Assembly (NCBI GenBank): GCA_963772455.1
Contig: CAVYXJ010000021.1
Location: forward strand, 9,110 to 73,109
Origin: Candidatus Bathyarchaeota archaeon
Lineage (GTDB): Archaea; Thermoproteota; Bathyarchaeia; Bathyarchaeales; Bathycorpusculaceae
Reading direction: 5' to 3'
DNA length: 64,000 bases
Below, in pieces: positions 11,111 to 21,459 of the stretch (position 1 is its first letter; each line of letters opens with the position of its first letter). Both the position numbers and the translations under genes were made by a program. Under the pieces are notes generated by a model. The model was given only the letters and a program-made list of their open reading frames with translations, was not told the origin of the DNA and ran no database searches.

Positions 11111-12032
11111 CTATGGACTAGAAGCGATATTAGTAAAAATTATGGAAGAATCCTTGGGATTGTTCTGGTAATCAAAAAGTCCAAAATTGTTTTCTTTTTC
11201 TTCGCTTGCATTTGTTTCATCTTTAAGTTCATACCAAAAAACAGGATAATTCAAACTAGCTAACATCTGGAAATTAGCAGAAAGATAAGATGATTGATCT
11301 TGATTTGAATAATTAGGGCTAGGTGCAGATGGCCGCCCAATTTCAGTTATCCATACACCTTTTCCCATGATCTCGTTAGTTTTTCTTATAATTTCATTGT
11401 TTATGGTTATATCATCGTATAAGTGAGCGCCTTGGAAGTCAAAGAATCTTTGAGGCGAAGTGGCATTGAAATCGGTTAGCCATTTTGTCCAGTTGATAAC
11501 TTTCGGGTCGAGACTCGGAGATAGACCCGCCGCAACTACAGATGCATTAGAAACAGCCTTTATGGTTTGATAGGCAGGATTTCAACATATTAGTGTAATT
11601 TTGTGAAGAACCGTTCATGTATCCAAACTGGAATTGACCTGCGTTAGGTTCATTCCAGATTTCCCAAGCATCAACCTTCTTCGCAGCATCTGTAGCCATA
11701 ATACTTTGAACAACTTCAGTCCATTGAGGAAGAGTGAAGTTCAAGTTAGGTGGAACAGTGTTATTCATAGTGTTATGGTCAAGTATTGCTAGGATTTTTA
11801 TCCCATTTGCCTTCATAACGTTTACAAAGTTGTCCATTTGATTGGGGATCCAGTCGATTCTAACCCATTTAGAATTCAACTGATTTAGTTGGGTTGCTGT
11901 GAAATTATCAAATTGATAAAGATGAAGACAAACACCATACTCAGTTACTCCAGATGATGGTGAGGGCTGAGTTAACAAATATGCAACACCGGCACTTGAA
12001 GCCAAAATGAAAAGCAAGATTACTCCAATCAA
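11111..12032 (-). CDS. Membrane-anchored clan GH-A glycoside hydrolase (GH5/GH39-like), one frameshift near 11580
   Basis: WEIWNEPN acid/base and VWITEIG nucleophile motifs; the middle part reads through in the second ORF's frame. Confidence 0.75.
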
Positions 12033-12160
12033 TTGTTTTCTTATACTCTCTCAACCAGTAAGAGATGATTATAAAACGAAGAAGAAAATAAGTTTTAACT
12101 ATTTTTTAGACTCTAAATATTCACTTTAGCTCAATAATATTAGTGAAAATAAAAGTATCT

Positions 12161-12238
12161 TGGTGGGGCCGCCCGGATTTGAACCGGGGTCTATAGCGCC
12201 CGAGGCTACAAGCCTGGACCAAACTAGCCGACGGCCCC
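12161..12238 (-). tRNA. tRNA-Pro(CGG)
   Basis: GGGGCCG acceptor stem, anticodon loop CTCGGGC, GGTTCAAATCC T-arm, encoded CCA. Confidence 0.92.
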
Positions 12239-12480
12239 TTCACATTTCCTTTGTAGCCGGTTTTGGTGGGTTCTTAAGTTAATGTCGACTTGGCTTTAAA
12301 CTTTAGCGGTTAGCCCATGCAGTAGAATGGGTTACAAAGCGACAAACGATATGCTTTTGGAAAACTATTTTGTTGCTTTAAATAAAGAAAGATTTCATCT
12401 GTTAGAGGTCAATGTTATTTTGACTTTAAACAAGGATGCTATAAATTAGCAGGAGCAATGGTTTGGCTCTGAAGCTGTTT

Positions 12481-13071
12481 TTAGAGTTTCTTGACGATAA
12501 CCCGTCCATGAAATAACCGTGCAGCTACACACAACACCACTGCTGCGATTGCAAGCCAAAAAGGCAAAAGAAAACTTGCTAAAACCGACGCGCTAATACC
12601 AGCGCCCATCGTTAAACTTGTCGGTAAACTAAAGTTGGCTGTCCCTAATATGGGAATATTTAATCCGAATACTCCGGCAAGTGTTACCACTGCAATTAAT
12701 CCAAAGAAGAAAAACAGTAAAACATACAGGGGTTTTTTGTACGAAAAACCAAGCAAGTGTTTAGAATAAGGTTTTGTTGGAATCAGCGAATAGAGAAGCA
12801 TTATTGATCCGCTGGCAACAAGCGTTAATATGGAAATAAGGTTTAAGGCAAAAATTAGCGGCATAGTAAACTGGGTTCCAAAAACCCCAAAGTTAGTATT
12901 GACTGGAGAAGCATTCACAACAATTAGGTCTTCACCGATTTTTAGTTGCCACCATGGCATAAAGAATGAAATGGCAACCACCATCAATGTGGTGACTCCA
13001 GCTGCAATCCCAAACCAGTTAATAACGCGGCTCATTAATTCACCTTGGCAACTGAATTGAACCAGCATCAA
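12481..13071 (-). CDS. Hypothetical 4-TM membrane protein
   Basis: Hydrophobic helices; start probably ~13035. Confidence 0.7.
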   Translation of the reverse strand: MMLVQFSCQGELMSRVINWFGIAAGVTTLMVVAISFFMPWWQLKIGEDLIVVNASPVNTNFGVFGTQFTMPLIFALNLISILTLVASGSIMLLYSLIPTKPYSKHLLGFSYKKPLYVLLFFFFGLIAVVTLAGVFGLNIPILGTANFSLPTSLTMGAGISASVLASFLLPFWLAIAAVVLCVAARLFHGRVIVKKL

Positions 13072-13588
13072 AACTATCTAAATGAAAACTGACCCCTGCA
13101 ACCACTGCATCTATGTTTTCGAAGACAATGTTGACTTTGCCGTTATCTTGATATTGAGTTTGAATTTGCTTGATTAATTCTGGGCTAAGGTTCCCAATTA
13201 CGTCTACAATGCCGTTTTCGCCTGGAGCAATACTAATGGGTTTAGCAAGTTCAACGTTACCCAATTCAATGTTTTGGTCTTTAGATTTAATATCGGCTTT
13301 GAATTGGTCAACTGAAATTTCATTATTAAGTGGATTAGTAAAACTCAACGAAACATTAAGCGCCCCTGTATCAGGATCATATTGAGGTTCGCCCGCAATA
13401 GCTGGAGCCACAAAATCGGAAACTGTCACGTTACCAATTTGACCGTTTTCCAAATTAGATACTTCTGGCGGAAATACTAAACCAGACAAATTATCCCTAT
13501 AAAGAAGCGCCACACCAGCAAGAGGACCAACAACAATCACTATTGAAAGTATGGTTAACACAATTTTTATTTTTTCCATACCAACCAT
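13040..13588 (-). CDS. Membrane-anchored LEA_2/WHy-like protein
   Basis: N-terminal TM; FTNPL...LG....PISIAPGE pattern. Confidence 0.55.
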   Translation of the reverse strand: MVGMEKIKIVLTILSIVIVVGPLAGVALLYRDNLSGLVFPPEVSNLENGQIGNVTVSDFVAPAIAGEPQYDPDTGALNVSLSFTNPLNNEISVDQFKADIKSKDQNIELGNVELAKPISIAPGENGIVDVIGNLSPELIKQIQTQYQDNGKVNIVFENIDAVVAGVSFHLDSFDAGSIQLPR

Positions 13589-13633
13589 GCTATATATGGT
13601 TTAATTACCATTTAATCTTTGCTAAAAACACCT

Positions 13634-14353
13634 TCAACTTTCTTTGCATTCCTTGTAAGGAGTACTTATAACATCCTTGACTCGGTTAGTTATTACTGGA
13701 CCTAACCCATGGACAGCTTTCTCCCAATCATCCACATTGATAAGTGCGTTTAATGGAGTTTGGTATGAATCTAAAATTGCAGTTGCTTTTTCTCGCCCAA
13801 TACTTGGCAAACTGGCGATAAAGTACACTTGAGAATCTGAAAGGGTATCGCATTTTTTAAAAGCATGTACAACGGCACTTCTTTTCTCAATAATTTGCTC
13901 TTGTCTAGCAGCGGTGTAGAGAAAATCAATAGTTTCTTTATATGAAGAGGTGCTGACTATGGCTATGCCGTTTTTGGCAAGATTAAACATGGCACCCCAA
14001 ACCGAAGCGGGTGAAATGTTACTGTACTTATAGATAATAGGCATGTAGCCTTCGAGAACTATGAGTGATTTTGGATAAACTTCTTTTAACCTGAAGAGTT
14101 GCTCAAAAAGAAAGCGTCTTGTTAGAGTATATACGAAGTCGTTGACAGTTTTTCGTTCAACTGCACATTGGTCAGAAAGTATATAGTCTCCTTTCTCAAG
14201 CATCTCTGTTTTTACTTTGACACCTTTCTCAACTAAACCTTTAACAATTTTTTGTGCACTACTTGCTTCGCGACTATCCACAATTATGGTGGGTTCTTCA
14301 CCAGGTTTCTTTTTCTCATTAATGAAGGGAACCAACGATTCAGTACCAGACAT
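13634..14353 (-). CDS. xpf: Short XPF/ERCC4-family structure-specific endonuclease
   Basis: IIVDSRE, GDYILS...ERKT..DF, C-terminal HhH (LPSIG...GLG). Confidence 0.88.
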   Translation of the reverse strand: MSGTESLVPFINEKKKPGEEPTIIVDSREASSAQKIVKGLVEKGVKVKTEMLEKGDYILSDQCAVERKTVNDFVYTLTRRFLFEQLFRLKEVYPKSLIVLEGYMPIIYKYSNISPASVWGAMFNLAKNGIAIVSTSSYKETIDFLYTAARQEQIIEKRSAVVHAFKKCDTLSDSQVYFIASLPSIGREKATAILDSYQTPLNALINVDDWEKAVHGLGPVITNRVKDVISTPYKECKES

Positions 14354-14498
14354 ACAGTCAACTCTGCATACGTAACCAGAACTTGATATTTATTTTACTT
14401 CCGCTATCAGAGCGAAGAACTAAAAAATTTTAAAATAAAAAGCCAAAATTACTTATAGAAAAACTGTTAAGAAAAAGAATTTTCTTCTGCAAAAATAG

Positions 14499-14648
14499 TT
14501 ACTCGTATCTTGTTAGAAACATGGGTTCTTTTGCTTCTTTGCGCCTAACTTCATGGGGCACATCTTTCAGACACACCTGTGCTAACCTTGCTTGACCCTT
14601 ACCTTGATTTCTTTTGGGGTACACACGGTCTCCATTTATGCCATCCAC
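14499..14648 (-). CDS. Unannotated 49-aa basic microprotein
   Basis: GGTGA SD 6 nt before GTG; MDGINGDRVYPKRNQGKGQARLAQVCLKDVPHEVRRKEAKEPMFLTRYE. Confidence 0.4.
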   Translation of the reverse strand: MDGINGDRVYPKRNQGKGQARLAQVCLKDVPHEVRRKEAKEPMFLTRYE

Positions 14649-14854
14649 ACAATTTCACCTTATGGTAATTTACTCTCAATTATAACATATATGATGTTGT
14701 GATTGCCACAGCACAACAACAATTTAACAAAATATTTGCGAAATTTCAATAAAGAAAAGTAATTAAAATAAATTCAAGTCATTTTATACTGGAGCTTTGA
14801 AAAATTCTTTTAAAATATTTTGGTTTTAAAAATAAACAAAAGAAATTAAGGGGT

Positions 14855-16165
14855 TTATGGTCCCTTTTTGGTTATTTCTTTAATTGCGCCTGCTGCGACG
14901 GTGGTGCCCATGTCTCTGATTGCGAATCTTCCCAACTCTGGGAAGTCAATGAAGGCTTCGACTGCGATTGGGTGTAGTGGTTCCATTCGTACCCATGCTG
15001 CGTCTCCTGTTTTGAGGTAGCTTGGGTGCTCTTCTGATACTTGTCCTGTGCGTGGGTCGATTTTCTTTATGAGTTCTGTGAATTTGACTGCGATTTGTCC
15101 TGTGTGGTAGTGGAGTACTGGTGTGTATCCTGCTGCGATTGCTGTTGGGTGGTAGATAACGATGATTTGTCCGATGAATTCTTTGGCTACGGTTGGTGGG
15201 TTGTCAGCAGGACCTGCAACGTCTCCGCGGTGTACGTCAGTTTTTGAGATACCTCTAACGTTCATTCCGATGTTATCGCCTGGTTCAGCCATTGGGATTT
15301 GTGTGTGGTGCATTTCGATTGATTTAATTTCAGCAGTCTTATTTGATGGCATGAAGATTAGGGTTTGACCTGGTTTGAGTATGCCTGTTTCGACTCTGCC
15401 AACTGGAACTGTACCGATACCTGTGATGCTGTAAACATCTTGAATAGGAATACGTAGTGGCTTGTTTGTTGGTTTTGCTGGAATCTCAAGGAGATCGAAT
15501 GCTTCCATTAAAGTTGGACCAGTATACCAGGGCATCTTGTCGCTTTTCTTGATTAAGTTGTCGCCTGTCCATCCAGAAACTGGGACAAAGTTAACTTTGT
15601 CAATCTTGTAGCCGACCATTTTGATCATTCTTGTGATTTCGTTCTTCATTTCATCGTATCTTTCTTTGCTCCAGTTAACGGAGGCATCGTCCATCTTGTT
15701 GATGGCAACGATAAGTTGGCGTATACCTAAAGTGTATGCTAAGAATGCGTGTTCACGAGTTTGACCGCCTGCTCCAATTCCTGCTTCGAACTCGCCTTTT
15801 TTAGCTGAGCTGAAAAGAACTGCTGCATCGGCTTGGCTTGCTCCAGTGATCATGTTTTTGATGAAGTCTCTGTGACCTGGTGCGTCAATAACGGTCATGT
15901 TGTATTTCTTGGTTGGGAATTGCAGGAATCGAAGGTCAATTGTGACACCTCGTTCTCTTTCTTCCTTCAAGTTGTCTAAAACCCAAGCGAAGTGGAATGT
16001 CGCTTTGCCCATTGCTTCGGCTTCTGCTTTGTAAGCATCAATTGTTCGTTGGTCGATAACACCAGCAAGGTACAATAAGTGACCTGTGGTTGTTGATTTT
16101 CCATTGTCAACGTGACCCATGATGATGATGTTTAAGTGTGGTTTATCGCTTTTGCTCATTTTCAT
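14855..16165 (-). CDS. tuf: Translation elongation factor EF-1alpha
   Basis: GHVDNGKST, ERERGVTI, DAPGHRDF, NKMD, LGRFAIRDMG. Confidence 0.99.
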   Translation of the reverse strand: MKMSKSDKPHLNIIIMGHVDNGKSTTTGHLLYLAGVIDQRTIDAYKAEAEAMGKATFHFAWVLDNLKEERERGVTIDLRFLQFPTKKYNMTVIDAPGHRDFIKNMITGASQADAAVLFSSAKKGEFEAGIGAGGQTREHAFLAYTLGIRQLIVAINKMDDASVNWSKERYDEMKNEITRMIKMVGYKIDKVNFVPVSGWTGDNLIKKSDKMPWYTGPTLMEAFDLLEIPAKPTNKPLRIPIQDVYSITGIGTVPVGRVETGILKPGQTLIFMPSNKTAEIKSIEMHHTQIPMAEPGDNIGMNVRGISKTDVHRGDVAGPADNPPTVAKEFIGQIIVIYHPTAIAAGYTPVLHYHTGQIAVKFTELIKKIDPRTGQVSEEHPSYLKTGDAAWVRMEPLHPIAVEAFIDFPELGRFAIRDMGTTVAAGAIKEITKKGP

Positions 16166-16362
16166 TCCTTCTATTAATCTTACCTAATTTTGTGAATTTG
16201 TTAACACATCAGTCCTCCGATTATTTTAAGTTTATGATGTTCCTCCCACTTGCAGTATGACATAAAAACCCAGAAATATCAGAAAAAATTAAACACAAAT
16301 GATCAAGACATAAATTTTTGCGCACAAAATAACTTATAACCAATAACAGTTTATGAACACTC

Positions 16363-17022
16363 ATGAGTTTCAACACCCCTGTGATTGAAGGAATATCGGT
16401 AGTAACAACAACTTGGAATGAAGTGGCAAACATTGAGGAATTAATTCGCAGAGTCCGATTAACACTTCAAGATATTCCACACGAAATTATAGTTGTTGAC
16501 GACAGTTCTTCTGATGGAACTCTCAAAGTTGCTGAACGTTTTGCTGATGTTGCAGTTGGAAAAATTCGAGAGGGACAAACCAAAGGTTTACTTTACGGCG
16601 CTAAACTTGCCAAATTTCCAGTGATTGTAACTATAGATTCTGATTTAGAAAACAGTCCTGAACTAATACCCAAACTTGTAGAAAAAATTTCCGAATTTGA
16701 TTTGGTGGTTGCATCTCGAACTGTTGTTCCCAGATTTTCTGAGAGGTGGGCTGCTAAAACGTTGGGTAAGATCTGCGGTGTTTCGGATTTCTATTCGAAT
16801 TTTAGAATTTACAAAAAACAAAGCCTCGCAAAAGGTTTAGTTGGCGGAGAAACTTTTGGTGGAGAATTATTGGTTGTAGCCAAGAAGGAGGGGTTTAGGA
16901 TTGGCGAAATAACCTATGAGGCTCCTCCAAGACGCAGCAAACCCCGAATTGGCGGTTCAATTAGAGCCAACTTGAGGATAATGCTGGCTTCGTTGAAGTG
17001 CTTTTTTATTTATCTGTTTTAA
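16363..17022 (+). CDS. Glycosyltransferase family 2 (DPM1-like)
   Basis: IIVVDDSSSDGT, TIDSD, ASR. Confidence 0.85.
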   Translation: MSFNTPVIEGISVVTTTWNEVANIEELIRRVRLTLQDIPHEIIVVDDSSSDGTLKVAERFADVAVGKIREGQTKGLLYGAKLAKFPVIVTIDSDLENSPELIPKLVEKISEFDLVVASRTVVPRFSERWAAKTLGKICGVSDFYSNFRIYKKQSLAKGLVGGETFGGELLVVAKKEGFRIGEITYEAPPRRSKPRIGGSIRANLRIMLASLKCFFIYLF

Positions 17023-17099
17023 TTATTTCTAAAATTATTCAAGAAAAAATTATAGCATCAAAGAATTTAATAAAATAGGCAAAATTCTATGATTAAAAA

Positions 17100-17486
17100 C
17101 TACTTTCGCTCGATAAGCTCAATGAGGGTTCCATCTGGGTCTTCTACAAAAGCAATCGTTGTTTTTTCGTTAAACTTGAATGGCTCATCTGTGATAACTA
17201 TGTTTTCTTTGCGCATGGCTTCAAGAGTCATGTTTATATCAGTAACTTCAAAGCCCAAATGATCAAACAAACGTTCTTCATAGTCGGGTTGAGCGAACTT
17301 GTTTTGATTACGGAAAAAAGTTAATTCTAATTTGCATCCTTTTGCCTCTTCGTCCTGTAGAAACGCGATTTCAGCATTGGTTTGCTTTATTTCTTTGCGA
17401 CTTAGAAGTTTTAATCCGAAGAACTTGGAATAAAAATCAATAGATTTCTCCATATTGCTTGTGCGAATACTAGTGTGAACAAACAT
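17100..17486 (-). CDS. VOC/glyoxalase family protein (lactoylglutathione lyase-like)
   Basis: HTSIR...LELT...HLGFEV...FVEDPDGTLIELI. Confidence 0.88.
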   Translation of the reverse strand: MFVHTSIRTSNMEKSIDFYSKFFGLKLLSRKEIKQTNAEIAFLQDEEAKGCKLELTFFRNQNKFAQPDYEERLFDHLGFEVTDINMTLEAMRKENIVITDEPFKFNEKTTIAFVEDPDGTLIELIERK

Positions 17487-17530
17487 TTTTTTTCACCGGT
17501 CATTAATTAGATTTTTTCAGAGCCTTTAAG

Positions 17531-17962
17531 CTATGGGTTTTTTGCATGCTGGTCCAAGGTTTTATTGACAAGCTCATCAGCTCTTTCAATTTGCGGGTTA
17601 CTTCTTGGAACGTTAACAAAACTAATTTTTTTGAAGCAAACCTTCAATTGCTGCACTTTACGCCAAAGCAGCCATAACTCGTTATTCTTTACGGCGTATT
17701 GACCATTAAGTTGTTTTGCTACAAGTTCACTATCTAAATGACAAATAACCTCAGGCATTTTTTGGTCTGAAGCAAACTTAAGTGCCATCAACAAAGCTTT
17801 GTATTCCGCTTGGTTATTAGTGTGAACTCCAATGAAGAGTGAATCAGCTTTTACTGTTTCACCTTTGTCATTTAAGGCAATGAAAGCTATTGCTGCTGGT
17901 CCTGGGTTACCTCTCGCTCCACCATCAGAATAAATCATCAATCGCTGAATCATAGTTTTCAC
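17531..17962 (-). CDS. rnhA: Ribonuclease HI
   Basis: DGGARGNPGPA, TNNQAEY, DSELV, AD.L.N. Confidence 0.93.
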   Translation of the reverse strand: MKTMIQRLMIYSDGGARGNPGPAAIAFIALNDKGETVKADSLFIGVHTNNQAEYKALLMALKFASDQKMPEVICHLDSELVAKQLNGQYAVKNNELWLLWRKVQQLKVCFKKISFVNVPRSNPQIERADELVNKTLDQHAKNP

Positions 17963-18031
17963 GTATCAGTTTAGCTTTAATTGATTATCCAAACCGTCAA
18001 TATAGTTAAATAAAAAAAGCTGTTTGCAGCT

Positions 18032-19312
18032 TTATTTTTTTATAAGCGCCATTAATTGTGGCATAAGTTCACATCCACGCTCTATTATGCCAAGGCTGCC
18101 TTTTGCACATTCTTTTTCGCAGAATTTGATCGCTTTGCCGTTGCCGACAATTTTGTCGCCAGAAATTAGAATTGGAACAGGCGTGTCACTGTGTACTTTT
18201 AGGGCGCAAGGCGTGGCGTGGTCAGTTGTTATGCAGATCAGGTTGTCTTCAAGAGAAATCTGTTTTAGGAGTGGACCAAAGAAGTATTTGTCGATGGCTG
18301 AGATAATTTGAGTTTTTAATGTGCAGTTGCCATCGTGTCCAGGTTCGTCGGGTCCTTTTAAATGAATATAGAAGCAGTCATGTTTTGGCAAAGCTTCAAG
18401 AAGCGCTTTAACTCTTACTTCACAGTCTTTCTGAAGGTTACCTGACGGTGGTGGAAGCAATGATGATTCCATACCAGCCAATTGTGCAATACCACGTTCT
18501 GCATGCATATCCGCCAAACAAGCGAAATTTACGTGATAACGCTCATTAATGTTGAAGAATTTCGGAAGCAAATGCCCTGCATCTCTGGTTAGAACAACGT
18601 TTGCTTTCAGTTTGCCTTCTGCAGCACGCTTGACGTTTATAGGGTGATTTTCCCAGAGATTGTGCGATTTTTCGATGAATTCATTTACAAGTGTAGCGGA
18701 AACTTTGGCTGCTTCCGTTTTGTCAGTGGGTTCGCAGGTTTGCAGAATCATTTCAACTTCAGCTTTAGCTACACCAAGTCCATTAACGATTGTGTATGCT
18801 GGGTCGCTGTTAGTTATGTTACTTGAAAATGGCTTTGCTTTGCTTTTTATCAGGAGTACTGCTCTGTGCCCTAAAGTGTTACGAAACTCAAAGGTTGCAG
18901 GGTAAGATTCGAGCTTAACTTCTTTGTTAACTGCTTTGCTAAGTTCAGTAGCTTCCTTAGTGCTTAAGGTACGTCCCACTCGGCGATCAAGAATATTTTT
19001 TCCTTGCCCTAAAGTAGCAAAGTTGCATCGCAGAGCTAAATCCCCATCCTTCATATTCAAGCCAATGCCAGCTGCTTCAATAACACCTCTGCCCGTGCTG
19101 TACTTGAAAGGATCATAACCTAAAAGCGAAATAACAGCAACATCACTCTCTGGAGCTACTCCCTTCTGAACTGTGTACATTAAACCTGTCTTCCCCGTTT
19201 TCGAAAGAGAATCCATATTGGGGGTTTCGGCCTCTTCGAGAGGAGTCTTGTTGCCTAAAGATTTTATTGGTAAATCGCCCATACCGTCGATAGCAACATA
19301 GATTAGTTTCAA
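18032..19312 (-). CDS. apgM: 2,3-bisphosphoglycerate-independent phosphoglycerate mutase (archaeal type)
   Basis: DGMGD, TPLEEA.TPNMD, PESD, GPDEPGHDG, TDHATP, H.DTPVP. Confidence 0.9.
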   Translation of the reverse strand: MKLIYVAIDGMGDLPIKSLGNKTPLEEAETPNMDSLSKTGKTGLMYTVQKGVAPESDVAVISLLGYDPFKYSTGRGVIEAAGIGLNMKDGDLALRCNFATLGQGKNILDRRVGRTLSTKEATELSKAVNKEVKLESYPATFEFRNTLGHRAVLLIKSKAKPFSSNITNSDPAYTIVNGLGVAKAEVEMILQTCEPTDKTEAAKVSATLVNEFIEKSHNLWENHPINVKRAAEGKLKANVVLTRDAGHLLPKFFNINERYHVNFACLADMHAERGIAQLAGMESSLLPPPSGNLQKDCEVRVKALLEALPKHDCFYIHLKGPDEPGHDGNCTLKTQIISAIDKYFFGPLLKQISLEDNLICITTDHATPCALKVHSDTPVPILISGDKIVGNGKAIKFCEKECAKGSLGIIERGCELMPQLMALIKK

Positions 19313-19374
19313 ATAATTTGCCTCGTAAAGGTTAAGCTAACTTGTTTAGTTTATTATTTTATGTCTTAAAATAC

Positions 19375-20334
19375 CTATCTTTTGATGGAAAGAACTTTTC
19401 TGATTTCGTCCTGGGTTTCTTGGGGACTTGCCGTTGTATTCACGAGATAGACGTCTGTTTGCTCGAAGAGTCTTTGGAAGAATTTTGATCTTAATTCGAT
19501 TTTTCTATTATCCTTCACTAGTTGATGTGGGTTACAAAAGTTGTGCGCCAACAAATATTCAACTGCATCATCCGTTTCTAATTTAGTGACAATATTTTTG
19601 TCTGAGGGGTCGCGTTTTAACATGATTATTTTGTGGATTGTAGCCATTGGAATCACCCCGCCGTTGCCCACTATCCAACGCACATTCACTATTGCCCTGC
19701 CCCTTTGATCAAACAAGGCTTTATCAACTAAACGCTCGTACTCATTCCATATCTTGCCAATGTCTGCTTGGATGTAAGTGTTTTTTTCAGAACCAAACGC
19801 TAAAGGTTCACGGCTACTAAGTCGAACAAAATACCAGTCATCGCTAATTAACCGTGCAGTTGGATTACGAAGCAACCCCCACGAATGAGTTGTTTTGCCG
19901 GTTCCGGATGGAGCAATAATTGAAACTCCTAATCGATCAACTTCAATCATTGCACCGTGAACTGAGTAAATCCTATGCTCATCTTCCAGAATATCGCCTG
20001 CAACTGCAAGGGCAATGCTCTTTACCCAACCGTAATAATCGACATTAATCAAGAAAGCAGTCTTAGTGTATGGATCATATTTGATGCTGAAAGGTTGACC
20101 CGGCTTTGATAAAACAATAACTCGTCCATGTGAACGATTGTTTTCGTTTGCAGAAAAAAAGTTGTCTTCCCACTTATTTTTTGTAGTTTCAGAATCAGTC
20201 AAGATCTTCATGCAGCAACCATAAATTTCTGCTTTACTTGTGTAAAGTAGTTGAGATTCGTAGGTTTCAAAGAGTTTGTCTTTTTCTTCAGGAGTAATTA
20301 GTTCAACTGCATAACTCATTGATAAGTTCACCAA
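19375..20334 (-). CDS. HPr-kinase/PEPCK-like P-loop protein
   Basis: VHGA...APSGTGKTT...ISDDW. Confidence 0.7.
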   Translation of the reverse strand: MVNLSMSYAVELITPEEKDKLFETYESQLLYTSKAEIYGCCMKILTDSETTKNKWEDNFFSANENNRSHGRVIVLSKPGQPFSIKYDPYTKTAFLINVDYYGWVKSIALAVAGDILEDEHRIYSVHGAMIEVDRLGVSIIAPSGTGKTTHSWGLLRNPTARLISDDWYFVRLSSREPLAFGSEKNTYIQADIGKIWNEYERLVDKALFDQRGRAIVNVRWIVGNGGVIPMATIHKIIMLKRDPSDKNIVTKLETDDAVEYLLAHNFCNPHQLVKDNRKIELRSKFFQRLFEQTDVYLVNTTASPQETQDEIRKVLSIKR

Positions 20335-20402
20335 AAAAATTTCTTATGCAGGTTAGTCTCAGACAAACCGATAAGGATTTCGCGAAGTTACTAGCTGTTT
20401 TG

Positions 20403-21230
20403 TTAATTTTTTGTTTGTGCTACTGCATTTTGAAGCGTTCTTTTTCGTTTGTAAGTTAATGCTAATGCAGAGACTATTATCAATAAAACAATCGCCCCAG
20501 CACTGTAAATCAATGTGCCATAATTTATGTCGACGTTGTTTGATATTTGCGGTTTAGATATGGGTTGATTCGAAATAGTAACGTTTGTTGGAGATGATAC
20601 TTGACCACTTGAGTTGTCCTTTGGTGTAGACGTTGGCTGAGGAGATATTACCTTAGGGGTTGAACTGGGTTGGGCAGATGCCAAATCATTGATTTTGCCA
20701 ATACCGACACTTACACCAAGAGGGTAATCAGCTCCCGAGCTACTCATGGTCATCGTTGTAATCAGGGAAATCCAAGCGGCGCCGTTGTATCCTGCTAGAA
20801 TTAAGCGAAGACCCTCAGGTAGAGGTCGACCATTTTGCTGGTAGGCTATTATGGTTTGCGGATGCATTGCCAATTCGATGGGTATGGATACTTTGTAGCC
20901 GTCTGAAGCGATGAATTGAATTGAAGAAACTTCGGGGGTTGCTTGTACTTTGAAGAGCAGATCGCTTAGAAGTATTCCGGTCCAATTACCGGAGGTTGAT
21001 AGGCTGCCATCGCAGTAAAGTTCAGCATAGACTGTTGTTGTGGGTATTGCTTGAAGATCTTCTTGTGAGAGGTTTATACTAGTACCAGTGAGGTTGATGA
21101 TTTCTAAGTTGGAGATGGATTCTGCCATTGCTGAATTTGTTATCGCCGCCAATAATAGTCCTAATATTATTGCTATAGCGCATGTTGTGCTGCGTTTTAT
21201 TTTCACTTGTATTTTGTCTCCTTTCCCCAT
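20403..21230 (-). CDS. Surface-anchored molybdopterin-oxidoreductase (sulfite oxidase/MsrP-fold) domain protein
   Basis: LYCDG, WTGI.LSDLL, ASDGY, AY..NG.PL, LRL; signal peptide, S/P/T linker, C-terminal TM. Confidence 0.7.
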   Translation of the reverse strand: MGKGDKIQVKIKRSTTCAIAIILGLLLAAITNSAMAESISNLEIINLTGTSINLSQEDLQAIPTTTVYAELYCDGSLSTSGNWTGILLSDLLFKVQATPEVSSIQFIASDGYKVSIPIELAMHPQTIIAYQQNGRPLPEGLRLILAGYNGAAWISLITTMTMSSSGADYPLGVSVGIGKINDLASAQPSSTPKVISPQPTSTPKDNSSGQVSSPTNVTISNQPISKPQISNNVDINYGTLIYSAGAIVLLIIVSALALTYKRKRTLQNAVAQTKN

Positions 21231-21459
21231 TCCTTATGACATGCGTCATACTTTTAAACTCTTCCAAACAACATCAAAAAATTCAACGTTTTGCATACAA
21301 GAAGAAAACTCAAACCTAGCAAACAAAATAGAACCTAAGAAAATCAAATTCACCAAATTACCTTCAAAAAATGGGGTAAAGCCCAAGGCAAACACTCAAA
21401 ATGAAAAGACCACCTTAACCATAAAAGTTAAAGTTAAAAAAAATAAAGCCACATTTCAA

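Noticed and set aside
12249-12339. Inverted repeats upstream of tRNA-Pro (CTTTGTAGCC/GGTTACAAAG)
   Set aside because: Span the tRNA promoter region and have no independent support
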